This document shows positions 40,482 to 50,497 of a stretch of DNA of 64,000 nt, one piece after another; positions within the stretch are counted from its first letter, which is position 1; each line of letters starts with the position of its first letter. Origin of the DNA: an uncultured Actinomycetes bacterium (GTDB lineage Bacteria > Actinomycetota > UBA4738 > HRBIN12); assembly GCA_963775755.1 (NCBI GenBank), contig CAVZKB010000010.1, positions 15,674-79,673 of the forward strand, read 5' to 3'. A program made the position numbers and the translations under genes. The notes beneath the pieces are model-generated. The model was not told where the DNA came from. It searched no databases and worked only from the letters and a program-made list of their open reading frames with translations.

Positions 40482-41404
40482 GCTCCGTCGCCGTGTGGTG
40501 GCGTGGCGCCCGGCCGCGGACGCTCGGGCTCAGCGTCGTGCCGGTGCTGGTCGGCGTCGCGGCCGCCGGTCACGTCGTGGCGTGGCGACTGGTCGCCGCG
40601 CTGGTCGTGGCGGCGGGGCTGCAGATCGGCGTGAACCTCGCGAACGACTATTTCGACGGCGTGCGCGGGGTGGACACGCACGAACGGACGGGACCTCAGC
40701 GGTTGGTGGCGAGCGGCGCGGCCTCGCCTCGCGCGGTGTTGACCGCCGCACTCGTCTCGCTCGGGCTCGCGGCGGTCTGCGGCCTCGCGCTGGCGCTCTC
40801 GACGTCCCCGGTGCTGATCCTGGCGGTGGGAGCGCTCGCGCTGGGCGCGGCACTGCTGTACTCGGGCGGGCCGCGACCCTACGCCGGCCTCGGTCTCGGC
40901 GAGCTGATGGTGTTCCTGTTCTTCGGACTCATGGCCACGTGCGGCTCGGCCTACGTGATGGTGGAGACCATGCCGGCGGCCGCATGGTGGGGTGGCGTGG
41001 TGACGGGTCTGCTGGCGGTGGCGGTCCTGGTGGCGAACAACCTTCGCGACATCCCGACGGACGAGACGGGTGGGAAGCGGACCCTCGCGGTGCGACTGGG
41101 CGACCGGCGTACGAGGATGCTGTACCGCACCTGCGTGGTCGGCGCATTCGTGACGATCGTCGTCGGCGTCGTCGCGTTCATCGTGGATGGGTCCGTCGGC
41201 CTCACGCAGTGGGGGTTGTTCGGCTTGATCGCGTGGCCGCTCACGATCCGGCCCTTCGAACGCGTCCGCGCGGCGACGGGCCGAGACCTGGTCCCCGTGC
41301 TCACCGGGACGGCCGCGTTGCACGCCGCATGCGGGTTGTCGCTCGCGCTCGGACTGGCGCTCTCGCACGCGCACTTCGTGGTGAACAGCGTCCCGGCGGT
41401 GTGA
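40478..41404 (+). CDS. menA: 1,4-dihydroxy-2-naphthoate polyprenyltransferase
   Basis: GTG 40478 (GTGA overlap with menB stop); UbiA-family polytopic protein with NDYFD motif ([13 protein letters not shown]) and second Asp-rich motif ([10 protein letters not shown]). Confidence 0.85.
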   Translation: MSSVAVWWRGARPRTLGLSVVPVLVGVAAAGHVVAWRLVAALVVAAGLQIGVNLANDYFDGVRGVDTHERTGPQRLVASGAASPRAVLTAALVSLGLAAVCGLALALSTSPVLILAVGALALGAALLYSGGPRPYAGLGLGELMVFLFFGLMATCGSAYVMVETMPAAAWWGGVVTGLLAVAVLVANNLRDIPTDETGGKRTLAVRLGDRRTRMLYRTCVVGAFVTIVVGVVAFIVDGSVGLTQWGLFGLIAWPLTIRPFERVRAATGRDLVPVLTGTAALHAACGLSLALGLALSHAHFVVNSVPAV

Positions 41405-43104
41405 TGGGCACCGCAGACGTCTCCCTCGCGTGCGCGACTGCCCTGATCGACGAGCTCGTCGAGCACGGCACGCGTCATGCGTGCGTGTCTCCCGGCTCAC
41501 GTTCGACGCCGCTCGCCCTCTCGCTGGAACGACACCCCGGCATGACGGTGCACGTCCACCTGGACGAGCGCTCGAGCGCGTTCTTCGCGCTCGGACTGGC
41601 GAAGGCGTTGCGGCATCCCGTCGCGATCGCGTGCACGAGCGGCACCGCGGCGGCGGAGCTGCTCCCCGCGGTGGTCGAGGCCTCTCAGGCGCGCGTGCCG
41701 CTCTACCTGTTGACGGCGGATCGTCCCCCGCGACTGCGCGGCACCGGCGCGAACCAGACGATCGACCAGGTGCGGCTGTACGGCGCATACGCACGCGCGT
41801 ACCTCGAGCCGCCCGTCCCGTCATCGGCGGAGGACGCGCTCGCGTGGCGAGCCGTCGGGCGCGAGGCGGTTGCGGCGTGTGGCGGCCCGCAACCAGGACC
41901 CGTACACATCGACTGCGCGTTCGAGGAACCGTTGGTACCGACCGGAGACCTCGTCGAGGTGCCCCCACGGGATACCGAACGCGTATCCCGGCCGGATCGC
42001 AACATGGAACCACTCACGGCCGACGTCGACCGCGCCGCGCAGGAGTTGTCCGGAGTTCGCGGCGTCGTGGTCGCCGGATCGAACTGGTGGACGGCACCGA
42101 GCGAGGTGGCGATCCTGGCGTCGCAACTGCGTTGGCCGCTGCTGGCGGAGCCGGTGTCGGGGCTGCGGCAGCCCGCGTGGGCGCTGGCGGCCGGACAGGT
42201 GTTGCTCGGGTCGGACCGGTTCCTCCAACGGCACCGGCCGGAGGTCGTGCTGCAGGTCGGCGCCACGCCGACGACACGCGCGACCCAACGGTTCGTCGCG
42301 GCCGCCCAACGGCTCGTAGTGGCAGACCTCTTCCACATGGACCCCGACCCGGAACACCGCGCGACGTGGCGCCTTCGAGCCGATCCGGATCGTCTCGCGA
42401 CGCAGCTGATCGATCGCGTGGTTCCGGCACCCGACGGCTGGAAGGCCGCCTGGACCGACCTCGACGAGCGGGCGCGCTGGGCGATGGACGGCGTGCTCGA
42501 CGCGAGCGACGAGCCCACGGAGTTGCGACTCGCGCGCGACCTGGCAGCGGCCGTGCCCGAAGGAGGCACGCTGTTCGTGGGGAACTCGCTGCCGGTCCGC
42601 GACCTCGACATCGCGATGTCGCCGCGCGACGGGCTCCAGGTGCTCGCGAACCGCGGTGCCAGCGGCATCGACGGCCTGGTCTCGACAGCGCTCGGCGTGG
42701 CGAGCGCCGGCATCGGCCCCACGGTCGCGTTGATCGGTGACCTGTCGTTCCTCTACGACGTGGGGACGCTGCTCTGGAACGGCGCGCGGCTCCCGGCCGA
42801 TCTCGTCCTCGTCGTGGCGAACAACCGGGGAGGCGCCATCTTCGGCGTACTCGACCAGGCAACGTTGCCGGAGCGCGACCGGCTGTTCGTGACGCCGCAG
42901 GACGTGGACATCGGAGCGGTGTGCGCCGCCGCGGGCGTCGGACACCATCGGCTGGAGAAGATGTCGGCCTTCGACGGGGCGTTGCGCGATGCTCGAGACG
43001 CCGGAGGCATCCGGGTGATCGAGGTGGCGGTGCACGCCGAGCGGAGCCGACGACAACGCGCCGAGGTCCAGGCGGCCGTCGACGCCGCGCTCGCCGAGCT
43101 TTGA
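41404..43104 (+). CDS. menD: 2-succinyl-5-enolpyruvyl-6-hydroxy-3-cyclohexene-1-carboxylate synthase (ThDP-dependent)
   Basis: 566-aa; ATG 41404 overlapping menA stop; MenD N-terminus (ALIDELVEHGTRHACVSPGSRSTPLAL) and ThDP-binding GDLSFLYD...NN motif. Confidence 0.88.
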   Translation: MGTADVSLACATALIDELVEHGTRHACVSPGSRSTPLALSLERHPGMTVHVHLDERSSAFFALGLAKALRHPVAIACTSGTAAAELLPAVVEASQARVPLYLLTADRPPRLRGTGANQTIDQVRLYGAYARAYLEPPVPSSAEDALAWRAVGREAVAACGGPQPGPVHIDCAFEEPLVPTGDLVEVPPRDTERVSRPDRNMEPLTADVDRAAQELSGVRGVVVAGSNWWTAPSEVAILASQLRWPLLAEPVSGLRQPAWALAAGQVLLGSDRFLQRHRPEVVLQVGATPTTRATQRFVAAAQRLVVADLFHMDPDPEHRATWRLRADPDRLATQLIDRVVPAPDGWKAAWTDLDERARWAMDGVLDASDEPTELRLARDLAAAVPEGGTLFVGNSLPVRDLDIAMSPRDGLQVLANRGASGIDGLVSTALGVASAGIGPTVALIGDLSFLYDVGTLLWNGARLPADLVLVVANNRGGAIFGVLDQATLPERDRLFVTPQDVDIGAVCAAAGVGHHRLEKMSAFDGALRDARDAGGIRVIEVAVHAERSRRQRAEVQAAVDAALAEL

Positions 43105-43141
43105 CCTAACGCTAGGCTGCCGGTGTCGAGAGGAGGGCCGG

Positions 43142-43507
43142 ATGGAGCTGCAGATCAAACGGTTCGATGCGCCGGATGAGACACGTGCGTTCGAACGAGG
43201 CACGTTCGACGTCGTCGAGATCGGTGGGATGACGATCGGCCGGGCGCGATACGAGCCGGGCTGGAAGTGGTCGGAACATGTCGGCGCCATCACCGGAACG
43301 GCGCTGTGCGAGGTAGAGCACCTAGGCCTGGTCGTCTCGGGGCGCGCGATGTGCTCGATGGCCGACGGGCGAGAGATCGTGTTGGAGCCGGGCGACATGT
43401 TCGCGATCGCGCCGGGCCACGACAGCTGGGTGGTCGGCGACGAGCCGTACGTGTCGCTGCACTTCCTCGGTGCATCCGACTACGCGGCGGCACACGAAGG
43501 GTCATGA
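43142..43507 (+). CDS. cupin domain protein
   Basis: 121-aa small beta-barrel (GMTIGRARYEPGWKWSEHVG ... GDMFAIAPGHDSW). Confidence 0.6.
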   Translation: MELQIKRFDAPDETRAFERGTFDVVEIGGMTIGRARYEPGWKWSEHVGAITGTALCEVEHLGLVVSGRAMCSMADGREIVLEPGDMFAIAPGHDSWVVGDEPYVSLHFLGASDYAAAHEGS

Positions 43508-43977
43508 CGGAGACGCCGTCGATCCGATCCGCGACGCTCGATGACATCCCCGAGCTGGCTCGCCTCCGCTGGCAGCTCTACTCGGAACGGGAACCGCACG
43601 ACGAGACGTTCGAGGTGTACGTCGAACGGTTCGCGGCGTTCGCAAGCGACGCGCTTGCCCGCGACGACTGGCGCGCGTGGTGCGCGGCGGCTGAGGGCCG
43701 GCTGGTCGCGGCGGTCTGGCTCCACACGGTTCCGCGCGTGCCGGCCCCCGGCCACGGTGATCCCCGGCCGATCGGATACCTCACCAACATGTACGTCGAA
43801 CCCGAGCAACGGTCGAGAGGTCTCGGCTCCAGGATGGTGCGAGAAGTCATCAGCCACTGCGAGGCAACCGTGTTCGAGCTGGTGCTGGCGTTCCCGGCCG
43901 AGGACGCGCACCGCTTCTACGAGCGGAACGGGTTCACGCGACCGCCGGACCCGGTGGTGCATCCCTTGGGGCACTGA
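43504..43977 (+). CDS. GNAT family N-acetyltransferase
   Basis: 157-aa from ATG 43504 (ATGA overlap with cupin): acetyl-CoA site VEPEQRSRGLGSRMV. Confidence 0.7.
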   Translation: MTETPSIRSATLDDIPELARLRWQLYSEREPHDETFEVYVERFAAFASDALARDDWRAWCAAAEGRLVAAVWLHTVPRVPAPGHGDPRPIGYLTNMYVEPEQRSRGLGSRMVREVISHCEATVFELVLAFPAEDAHRFYERNGFTRPPDPVVHPLGH

Positions 43978-44014
43978 GCGCCGCACCTCCCGGATGGGCT
44001 AGCGTGCACGAGCG

Positions 44015-45589
44015 ATGATCTTCCGCAGCGTCCTGCCCGAGATCGAGGTCCCCACGACCGCGCTGCCGGTATTCGTGCTCGAACACGCGGCGACGTTCGG
44101 CGACAGGCCCGCGCTGATCGACGGGCCCTCCGGGCGCACGATCACCTATACGCAGCTCGCCGGGATGACGCGAGCGCTCGCGTCGGGCCTGGCCTCGCGC
44201 GGCTTCGGACCGGGCGACGTGTTCGCGATCTTCTCGCCCAACGTGCCCGAGTACGCGGTCGCGTTCCATGGCGTGCTCATCGCCGGCGGTTCGAACACCA
44301 CGATCAACTCGCTCGCGTCGGCCGACGACATCGAGACACAGCTGCGCGCGACGCGCGCTCGCTTCCTCCTCACGATCCCGCAGTTCCTGGATCGGGCGCT
44401 CCCGGCCGCCCGGGCGGCCGACGTCGAGGAGGTCTTCGTCCTCGGCGAGGCCGTCGATGGCACGTCGGCGTTCTCGTCGCTGTTCGCGACCGGCGCGGCG
44501 CCGGTTTCCGTCGACGTCGACAGCTCGGCGTCGGTCGCGGCGATGCCGATGTCCAGCGGCACGACGGGGTTCGCCAAGGTCGTGCAGCTCACCCATCGGA
44601 ACCTGGTCGCGAACGTCCTGCAGTCGGACGCGGCGATCGGGATCCGCTCCGACGACGTGATGATCGGCGTGCTGCCGTTCTTCCACATCTACGGCATGAC
44701 CGTTCTGGTGAACCTGGCGCTCCGCAAAGGGGCGACGGTCGTCACGATGCCGCGCTTCGACCTGGACGAGTTCCTTCGCTTGATGGAAGAGCATCGCGTG
44801 ACGTTCGCGTGCCTGGTGCCGCCGATCGTGCTGGCGCTGGCGAAGCACCCCGCGGTGGACAAGCACGACCTGTCGGCGCTCGAGCGCGTGATGTCCGGCG
44901 CGGCGCCGCTCGACGCGAGCGTCTGCGAGGCGGCTGCCGCCCGCCTCGACTGCATCGTGCTGCAGGGCTACGGCCTGACCGAGACGTCGCCCGTCATGAG
45001 CGCGCCCACGCGCGACCCGTCGCAGGGCCGGCCCGCGTCCAGCGGCTTCATCCTGCCGAACACCGAGATCCGTATCGCGAACCTGGAGACCGGGGATGAC
45101 TGCGCCGCCGACGAGGATGGTGAGATCTGGATCCGCGGCCCGCAGGTGATGAAGGGCTACCTCGACGACCCCGAGGCGGACGCGTACACGCTGCCCGGTG
45201 ACGGGTGGCTGCGCACCGGCGACATCGGCCACGCGGACGCCGACGGCTACCTCTACGTGGTGGACCGGCTGAAGGAGCTCATCAAGTACCGCGGCTTCCA
45301 GGTGCCGCCGGCCGAGCTCGAGGCATTGCTCGTGCAGCATCCGGCGGTCGCCGACGCCGCCGTGATCCCCTCGCCCGATGACACGGCGGGAGAGGTCCCT
45401 AAGGCGTTCGTCGTGAAGCGGGCCGGCGCCGATGTCACCGAGGGGGAGCTGATGTCCTGGGTATCCGAGCGCGTGCCGTCCTACAAGAAGGTCCGCCGCG
45501 TCGAGTTCATCGACGAGATCCCGCGGTCGCTCTCCGGCAAGATCCTGCGCCGTGTCCTCGTCGAACAGGAACGCCAAAGGAACACCTGA
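44015..45589 (+). CDS. AMP-dependent acyl-CoA synthetase/ligase (4-coumarate:CoA ligase / FadD-like)
   Basis: 524-aa; SSGTTGFAK, QGYGLTETS, GDIG..DGYLYVVDRLKELIKYRG, SGKILRR motifs. Confidence 0.85.
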   Translation: MIFRSVLPEIEVPTTALPVFVLEHAATFGDRPALIDGPSGRTITYTQLAGMTRALASGLASRGFGPGDVFAIFSPNVPEYAVAFHGVLIAGGSNTTINSLASADDIETQLRATRARFLLTIPQFLDRALPAARAADVEEVFVLGEAVDGTSAFSSLFATGAAPVSVDVDSSASVAAMPMSSGTTGFAKVVQLTHRNLVANVLQSDAAIGIRSDDVMIGVLPFFHIYGMTVLVNLALRKGATVVTMPRFDLDEFLRLMEEHRVTFACLVPPIVLALAKHPAVDKHDLSALERVMSGAAPLDASVCEAAAARLDCIVLQGYGLTETSPVMSAPTRDPSQGRPASSGFILPNTEIRIANLETGDDCAADEDGEIWIRGPQVMKGYLDDPEADAYTLPGDGWLRTGDIGHADADGYLYVVDRLKELIKYRGFQVPPAELEALLVQHPAVADAAVIPSPDDTAGEVPKAFVVKRAGADVTEGELMSWVSERVPSYKKVRRVEFIDEIPRSLSGKILRRVLVEQERQRNT

Positions 45590-45696
45590 GGCCGTTGGAC
45601 TTGGTCATGCCGATCGGCGTGATCGAACAGCGCTCGGCTCGACAGGGCCCCGATGTACGTTCCGCTCGTGACACGGTCGTGGATGATGGGGAGCGC

Positions 45697-46725
45697 ATGA
45701 CGACGACCAAACCGATGCTCGCGAAGTCCCAGGATGACCTCCCGCTCGGCGACGGCTGGCGGTACGAGCCGAAGTGGGACGGGTTCCGGGCGATCGTCAC
45801 ACGCGACGCGGACGGTGTCCGGATCGACTCGCGCGGCGACCGACCGCTCGGTCGCTACTTCCCGGAGCTGCTGGAGCTGCTCGCCGGTCAACCGTCCGCC
45901 ACGTACGTGATGGACGGCGAGATCGTGATGATCGCGAACGGCGTGATGGACTTCGAGACGCTGCAGCTCCGGTTGCATCCGGCGGCGTCGCGCGTGAACA
46001 AGCTCGCCGGCGAGATCCCGGCGACGCTCGTGGCGTTCGACCTGCTGGAGCTCGATGGCCGGGACGTGCGACCGCTCACAACCGACGAGCGGCGTTCCGA
46101 GCTCGAGGGGCTGATCGAACGCCTGGGCGCCGAGCTCGCTCCCGACTCCCCCGGCGGCCTGCATCCAGGCCCGGCGCTGATCCTCACACCGCAGACCGCG
46201 GACGTGGCGACGGCGGAGCGGTGGTTCGCCGACGTGGACGGCGTCGGGCAGGACGGGATCGTCGCCAAGCGCGCCGAGCAACGCTACGTGGAGGGCGAGC
46301 GCGTGATGGTGAAGGTGAAGCACCATCGCACCGCCGACTGCGTGGTCGGCGGCTATCGCTTGGAGCGCAACGGCGATGGCGTAGGGAGCCTGCTGTTAGG
46401 CCTCTACGACGACCGCGGTGCGCTGCAGTACGTCGGACACACGTCGGCGTTCAAGGCGAAGGAGCGGCGCGAGCTCCGCGAGACGCTCGAGCCGCTCGTG
46501 GGGGGCGAGAGCTTCGGCCAGGGCCGGAGCCCGGGTGGACCGAGCCGATGGAGCGCGGGCCGCGAAACCGAGTGGGTCACGCTCGAGCCGAAGCTGGTGT
46601 GCGAGGTTCGCTACGAACGGCTCCAAGGTGGCCGGTTCCGCCATTCGGCGTCGATCCTCCGCTGGCGCCCCGACCGCGATCCGAAGAGCTGCACGTTCGA
46701 CCAGCTCGCGCTCAGTCCCGGCTAG
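45697..46725 (+). CDS. ATP-dependent DNA ligase (LigC / LigD ligase-domain type, NHEJ)
   Basis: Motif I KxDG in YEPKWDGFRAIV, adenylation + OB domains; start placed at MTTTKPMLAKS (45697), ORF opens at 45595. Confidence 0.8.
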   Translation: MTTTKPMLAKSQDDLPLGDGWRYEPKWDGFRAIVTRDADGVRIDSRGDRPLGRYFPELLELLAGQPSATYVMDGEIVMIANGVMDFETLQLRLHPAASRVNKLAGEIPATLVAFDLLELDGRDVRPLTTDERRSELEGLIERLGAELAPDSPGGLHPGPALILTPQTADVATAERWFADVDGVGQDGIVAKRAEQRYVEGERVMVKVKHHRTADCVVGGYRLERNGDGVGSLLLGLYDDRGALQYVGHTSAFKAKERRELRETLEPLVGGESFGQGRSPGGPSRWSAGRETEWVTLEPKLVCEVRYERLQGGRFRHSASILRWRPDRDPKSCTFDQLALSPG

Positions 46726-47771
46726 TCGCGGTCCTTCTTCGCCCGCCGCGAGGCCTCCCACTCGGCGACCTTCCGCGCGCGCGACGGATTCACGCGTACG
46801 GGCTCGCTGTCACCCTTCGGGAAGTGCGGCGGCCACGGGGCGTCGCCCAAACCTCCTGCTTCGTCCTCCGCGGCGAGCTCCAGCAGACCATCGAGGCTCG
46901 ACCGCTCGATCGGGTCCGCGCCGGCTCCCGGATCGCCGATCGACGCGAGGCGACCCGGCACCGTCTTGATCGTGAAGACCGACGGATCGACGTTCGGGAC
47001 CTCGTCCCACGACAGCGGTGTGGCCACGCGCGCGTCTGGCACCGGGCGCACCGAGTACACGGACGCGACCGTGCGATCGCGCGCGTTCTGGTTGTAGTCG
47101 ACGAAGACGCCCTGACGCTCCTCCTTCCACCATGCGGCCGTGGCAACTCCCGGAGCTCGTCGCGTCACTTCGCGCGCGAGCGCCAGAGCGGCCCGCCGCA
47201 CGTTCGTGAACCCGTGCTCGCGGACGATCGGCACCACCAGGTGCATCCCGCGCTTGCCGCTCGTCGACGGGAACCCCACCGCCCCGTGCTCCTCCAACAC
47301 GTCCCGAACCACGAGCGCGACCCGTCGTGTGTCGTCCCACGGAACGCCGGGCGTCGGGTCGAGGTCCACGCGGAGCTCGTCCGGATGATCGACGTCGTCC
47401 CGACGAACGGGCCACGGGTTCAGATCGAGGCATGCGAGGTTCGCCATCCACACCAGGTGCGCGGCATCGGCCGGCGCGATCATCACGGCGTGCCGTCCGC
47501 TCGGGAACGTGATCGTCGCCGTCTGCACCCACGGCGGCCGCTGTGTCGGGACGCGCTTCTGATAGAACGGCTCGCCGTCCACGCCGTTGGGGAACCGGTG
47601 CATGATCGTCGGGCGGTCGCGACACCCGATCAGCGCCGCCTCGGCGACGACGAGGTAGTACTCGACGAGATCCATCTTCGTGACGCCGATCCCCGGGAAC
47701 AGCACCTTGTCGGGGTTCGAGACGCGGATCTCGTAACCATCGACGTCCACAGTCGTCGCGGGCGGCGGCAT
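46722..47771 (-). CDS. non-homologous end joining DNA polymerase/primase (LigD polymerase domain, stand-alone)
   Basis: 349-aa PolDom/AEP primase fold (VDYNQNARDRT, HRFPNGVDGEPFYQKR); convergent with ligase, stops share palindromic CTAG. Confidence 0.8.
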   Translation of the reverse strand: MPPPATTVDVDGYEIRVSNPDKVLFPGIGVTKMDLVEYYLVVAEAALIGCRDRPTIMHRFPNGVDGEPFYQKRVPTQRPPWVQTATITFPSGRHAVMIAPADAAHLVWMANLACLDLNPWPVRRDDVDHPDELRVDLDPTPGVPWDDTRRVALVVRDVLEEHGAVGFPSTSGKRGMHLVVPIVREHGFTNVRRAALALAREVTRRAPGVATAAWWKEERQGVFVDYNQNARDRTVASVYSVRPVPDARVATPLSWDEVPNVDPSVFTIKTVPGRLASIGDPGAGADPIERSSLDGLLELAAEDEAGGLGDAPWPPHFPKGDSEPVRVNPSRARKVAEWEASRRAKKDRD

Positions 47772-47777
47772 CCGTCG

Positions 47778-49033
47778 TCAGCCCCAGCGCAGCGAGTCCA
47801 GGAACGCGCGGAACTTGCGCTCGGTCTCGTCGAGCTCGGCGGCGGGATCCGAGTCCGCGACGATCCCCGCGCCGGCGAACAGGCGAGCGGTGCTGCCGTC
47901 GAGCTCCGCGCATCGGAGCGCGAGCGCCCACACCCCGTCTCCCGTAGCGTCCATCCACCCGACCGCTCCGGCGTAGGCGCCGCGAGGGACGGGCTCGAGC
48001 TCCCTGATCGTTCCCATCGCCTCGTCACGCGGCTCACCGCAGACCGCCGGCGTCGGGTGGAGCGCGCGCACCAGATCGAGCGCGGTGACGCCCGGGTCCT
48101 TCAACACCCCGCGGAACCGCGTCGACAGGTGCCACACGTTCGCCGTGGCCAGGAGTTGCGGCTCCCGGTCGTAGGTGAGATCCCGGCAGAGCGGGTGCAA
48201 CGCTCGGAACACGTCCTCGACGACGATCGCATGCTCCTGCCGGTCCTTGGGCGAGGTGCCCAGCCGCTCCGCGTTCTCGCGATCTTCCGCAGGATCGCCG
48301 GCGCGGGGCGCGGAACCCGCAAGCGGATTCGTCCGGATCTCGTTGCCGAACCGCGAGATCAGGAGCTCGGGACTCGCGCCGACAAGCGTCCTTCCCTTCC
48401 CCGTGTCGACCGCGAACGAGTACCCGTCGGGCTCGACCGCTCGCAGGTGCTTGAGTAGCTCACGCGGATCCAGCGTGCGACCGGCCTCGACACGGATCGT
48501 CCGTGCCAGGACGACCTTGCGGAGCATCCCGCGCCGGATCCGGCCGACCGCCTCGCCGACCGCTCGTTCGTACGCATCCGGAAGTGGCTCGGGGAACACC
48601 TGCATCTTCGAGAACGGAGCGTTGGGCTCGCTTCGCCCACGGGTCGGCTCCGGCATGGCGACGTCCCCCGGCTCATCGTCCAGCCGGAGCAACCAGGTTT
48701 CCCCTGCCGGTCGCGACGCACCGTCCGCCGAGGGTGCGCGAAGTGGCCGCTCCTGTGGGGATCGAACGGGATCGATCCGAACAGCAGCGGAGCGGGAGCA
48801 TCCGGTGGCAGCGCCCCGATGTCGAGCCCGCTGAAGAGCATCTCGAGCGTCGGCGGACGCAGCCCCATCTGAGGGCCGGAGAGCGTCATCACCCACGGAT
48901 CTCCTCCTCCGGCGCTGCCGGCGACGCCGATCCCCGCGCGTTCCATGAAGCAGCCACCAGGCGCATACGCGGCCAGCAGATCGAACGCTGGACCGAGGCG
49001 CTCCGCGCGCACGACCGCACGGGTCGCCGTCAC
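47778..49033 (-). CDS. menF: isochorismate synthase, frame interrupted at a C4/G4 homopolymer
   Basis: C-terminal chorismate-binding domain in ORF 47778..48896 (...AVCGEPRDEA...GAYAGAVGW...GAGIVADSDPAAE); N-terminal part (LLAAYAPGGCFMERAGIGVAGSAGGGDPWVM...LLFGSIPFDPHRSGHF...RTVRRDRQG) in another frame from GTG ~49033; frames join as RDRQG|ETWLLRL if cccc 48701-48704 (+ strand) were ccccc. Confidence 0.7.
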
Positions 49034-49728
49034 GCGCGCGTTCCCACGATCAACTGCGTGATGCCGCCCGACAGTTGATGACGCTCGGCGTCGGGGAACC
49101 CCACGTCCTCGAGCATCTCGAGCATCTCGGTGGGCGGCGGCAGATACGCCATCGATCGCGGGAGGTACGCGTACGCGTCGCCGTCGGACAACAACCCCCC
49201 GATGCGCGGCACGACGTGGCGGAAGTACACGCCGTGGCCCGCGCGCATGACGCGGTTGTCGGGTTCGCTCGCATCCAGGAGCGCGACACGCCCGCCGGTC
49301 CGGACCACACGCGCCACCTCGGTGAAGAACGCACGCAGGTCCACGACGTTGCGGAGGGCGAAGCCGCACGTCGCTCCGTCGGCGGCGCCGTCGCCGAGAG
49401 GGAGCTGCAGCACATCGGCCTCCACGAGCGGGGCCGATGTCGTCGCGGCCGCGAGCATGCCGTGCGAGAAGTCGAACCCGACGGCGCGATACCCATTGCG
49501 CTGCAATTCTCGACAGAGATCTCCCGTCCCGCACGCCAGATCGAGCACCAGCGCGCCGCCGGGGAGCCGGAGGTCGCTCACCGCCCGCCGGCGCCACCCG
49601 ACGTCCATCCCGAACGTCATAACGCGGTTCACCAGGTCGTAGCGCCCCGAGATCGAGTCGAACAGCGATCGGACGGCTCGATGCTTCTCGTCACCTTCGG
49701 GCAGCTGGAGATCGCGCGCGCCCTTCAT
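49030..49728 (-). CDS. menG: demethylmenaquinone methyltransferase / UbiE-family SAM methyltransferase
   Basis: 232-aa; SAM motif VLDLACGTGDL; UbiE/MenG-like N-terminus (HRAVRSLFDSISGRYDLVNRVMTFG). Confidence 0.85.
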   Translation of the reverse strand: MKGARDLQLPEGDEKHRAVRSLFDSISGRYDLVNRVMTFGMDVGWRRRAVSDLRLPGGALVLDLACGTGDLCRELQRNGYRAVGFDFSHGMLAAATTSAPLVEADVLQLPLGDGAADGATCGFALRNVVDLRAFFTEVARVVRTGGRVALLDASEPDNRVMRAGHGVYFRHVVPRIGGLLSDGDAYAYLPRSMAYLPPPTEMLEMLEDVGFPDAERHQLSGGITQLIVGTRA

Positions 49729-50486
49729 GCGCCTCGCTCCATGCCGGCGCGCGCTGCGCGCAACTCCTCGTCGTCCCCCACACGCTCGATCTGCGACTCC
49801 GCGGTCTCCAGCAGCACCCGCCGGAAATGATGGGAGACCAACTGCGTCACGGCCGGCAGCAGTTCGGCGAACGCCACCACCATCTGGTCGGCGGCTTCCC
49901 CTTCCGTCCCGGCGGTGTCCCTGATCGGCTTGCGGACGTGCTCGTCGAAGAGTTCGACCGCTCGTTCGGCCAGCAGGTGCAACGCCGCGTCGGCATCTCG
50001 GGCGAGCGACAGCAGATCCCCGAGGGGCAGCCCGAACTCCAACAGGCGGAGGGCGGTCCGCACGAGCTCGATGTCCGAGGCCGTGTACCGCTCCACCCCG
50101 TCCACGGGACGGCCGAGCCGGATCCCCTCGCGCTCGACGGCCTGGATCAACGACGCGGGCACCCCACTGCGGTCGGCGAACTGCTCGAGCGTAAGCAGCT
50201 GGCGGTCTGCGTCGGCGCCGCGAGCCGCGGCCACCGCAGCCGCCAGATCTGCGTCGGCGGGACCGAGCTCGCCCCGGACGACCCGTTTGATCGCGGCGAG
50301 GGTCAGGCCCTTCCCCTGAAGCGTGCGCACCTCGCGGATCCGCTCCGCGTGCTCGGCGTCGTACCAGGCGACGCGCCCTTCGCGGGCGGGCGCGGGAAGC
50401 AATCCGAGCGTCTGGTAGTAACGGACCGTGTCGACGGATACATCGCAGGCCGCGGCGAGTTGCTCGACCCTATACCTCACGACCAT
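49725..50486 (-). CDS. MerR-family transcriptional regulator with two tandem MerR HTH domains
   Basis: YRVEQLAAACDVSVDTVRYYQTLGLL (N-terminal) and LTLEQFADRSGVPASLIQAVEREGIRL (internal). Confidence 0.75.
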   Translation of the reverse strand: MVVRYRVEQLAAACDVSVDTVRYYQTLGLLPAPAREGRVAWYDAEHAERIREVRTLQGKGLTLAAIKRVVRGELGPADADLAAAVAAARGADADRQLLTLEQFADRSGVPASLIQAVEREGIRLGRPVDGVERYTASDIELVRTALRLLEFGLPLGDLLSLARDADAALHLLAERAVELFDEHVRKPIRDTAGTEGEAADQMVVAFAELLPAVTQLVSHHFRRVLLETAESQIERVGDDEELRAARAGMERGA

Positions 50487-50497
50487 CCACTCTACGA

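Noticed and set aside
39674-41404. 576-aa ORF spanning menB and menA
   Set aside because: Out-of-frame read-through of menB fused in-frame to real menA; Arg/Pro-rich N-terminal part; the true menA starts at GTG 40478 overlapping the menB stop
45774-48458. 894-aa ORF across the ligase / NHEJ polymerase / menF region
   Set aside because: Arg-rich nonsense translation overlapping three well-supported genes on both strands
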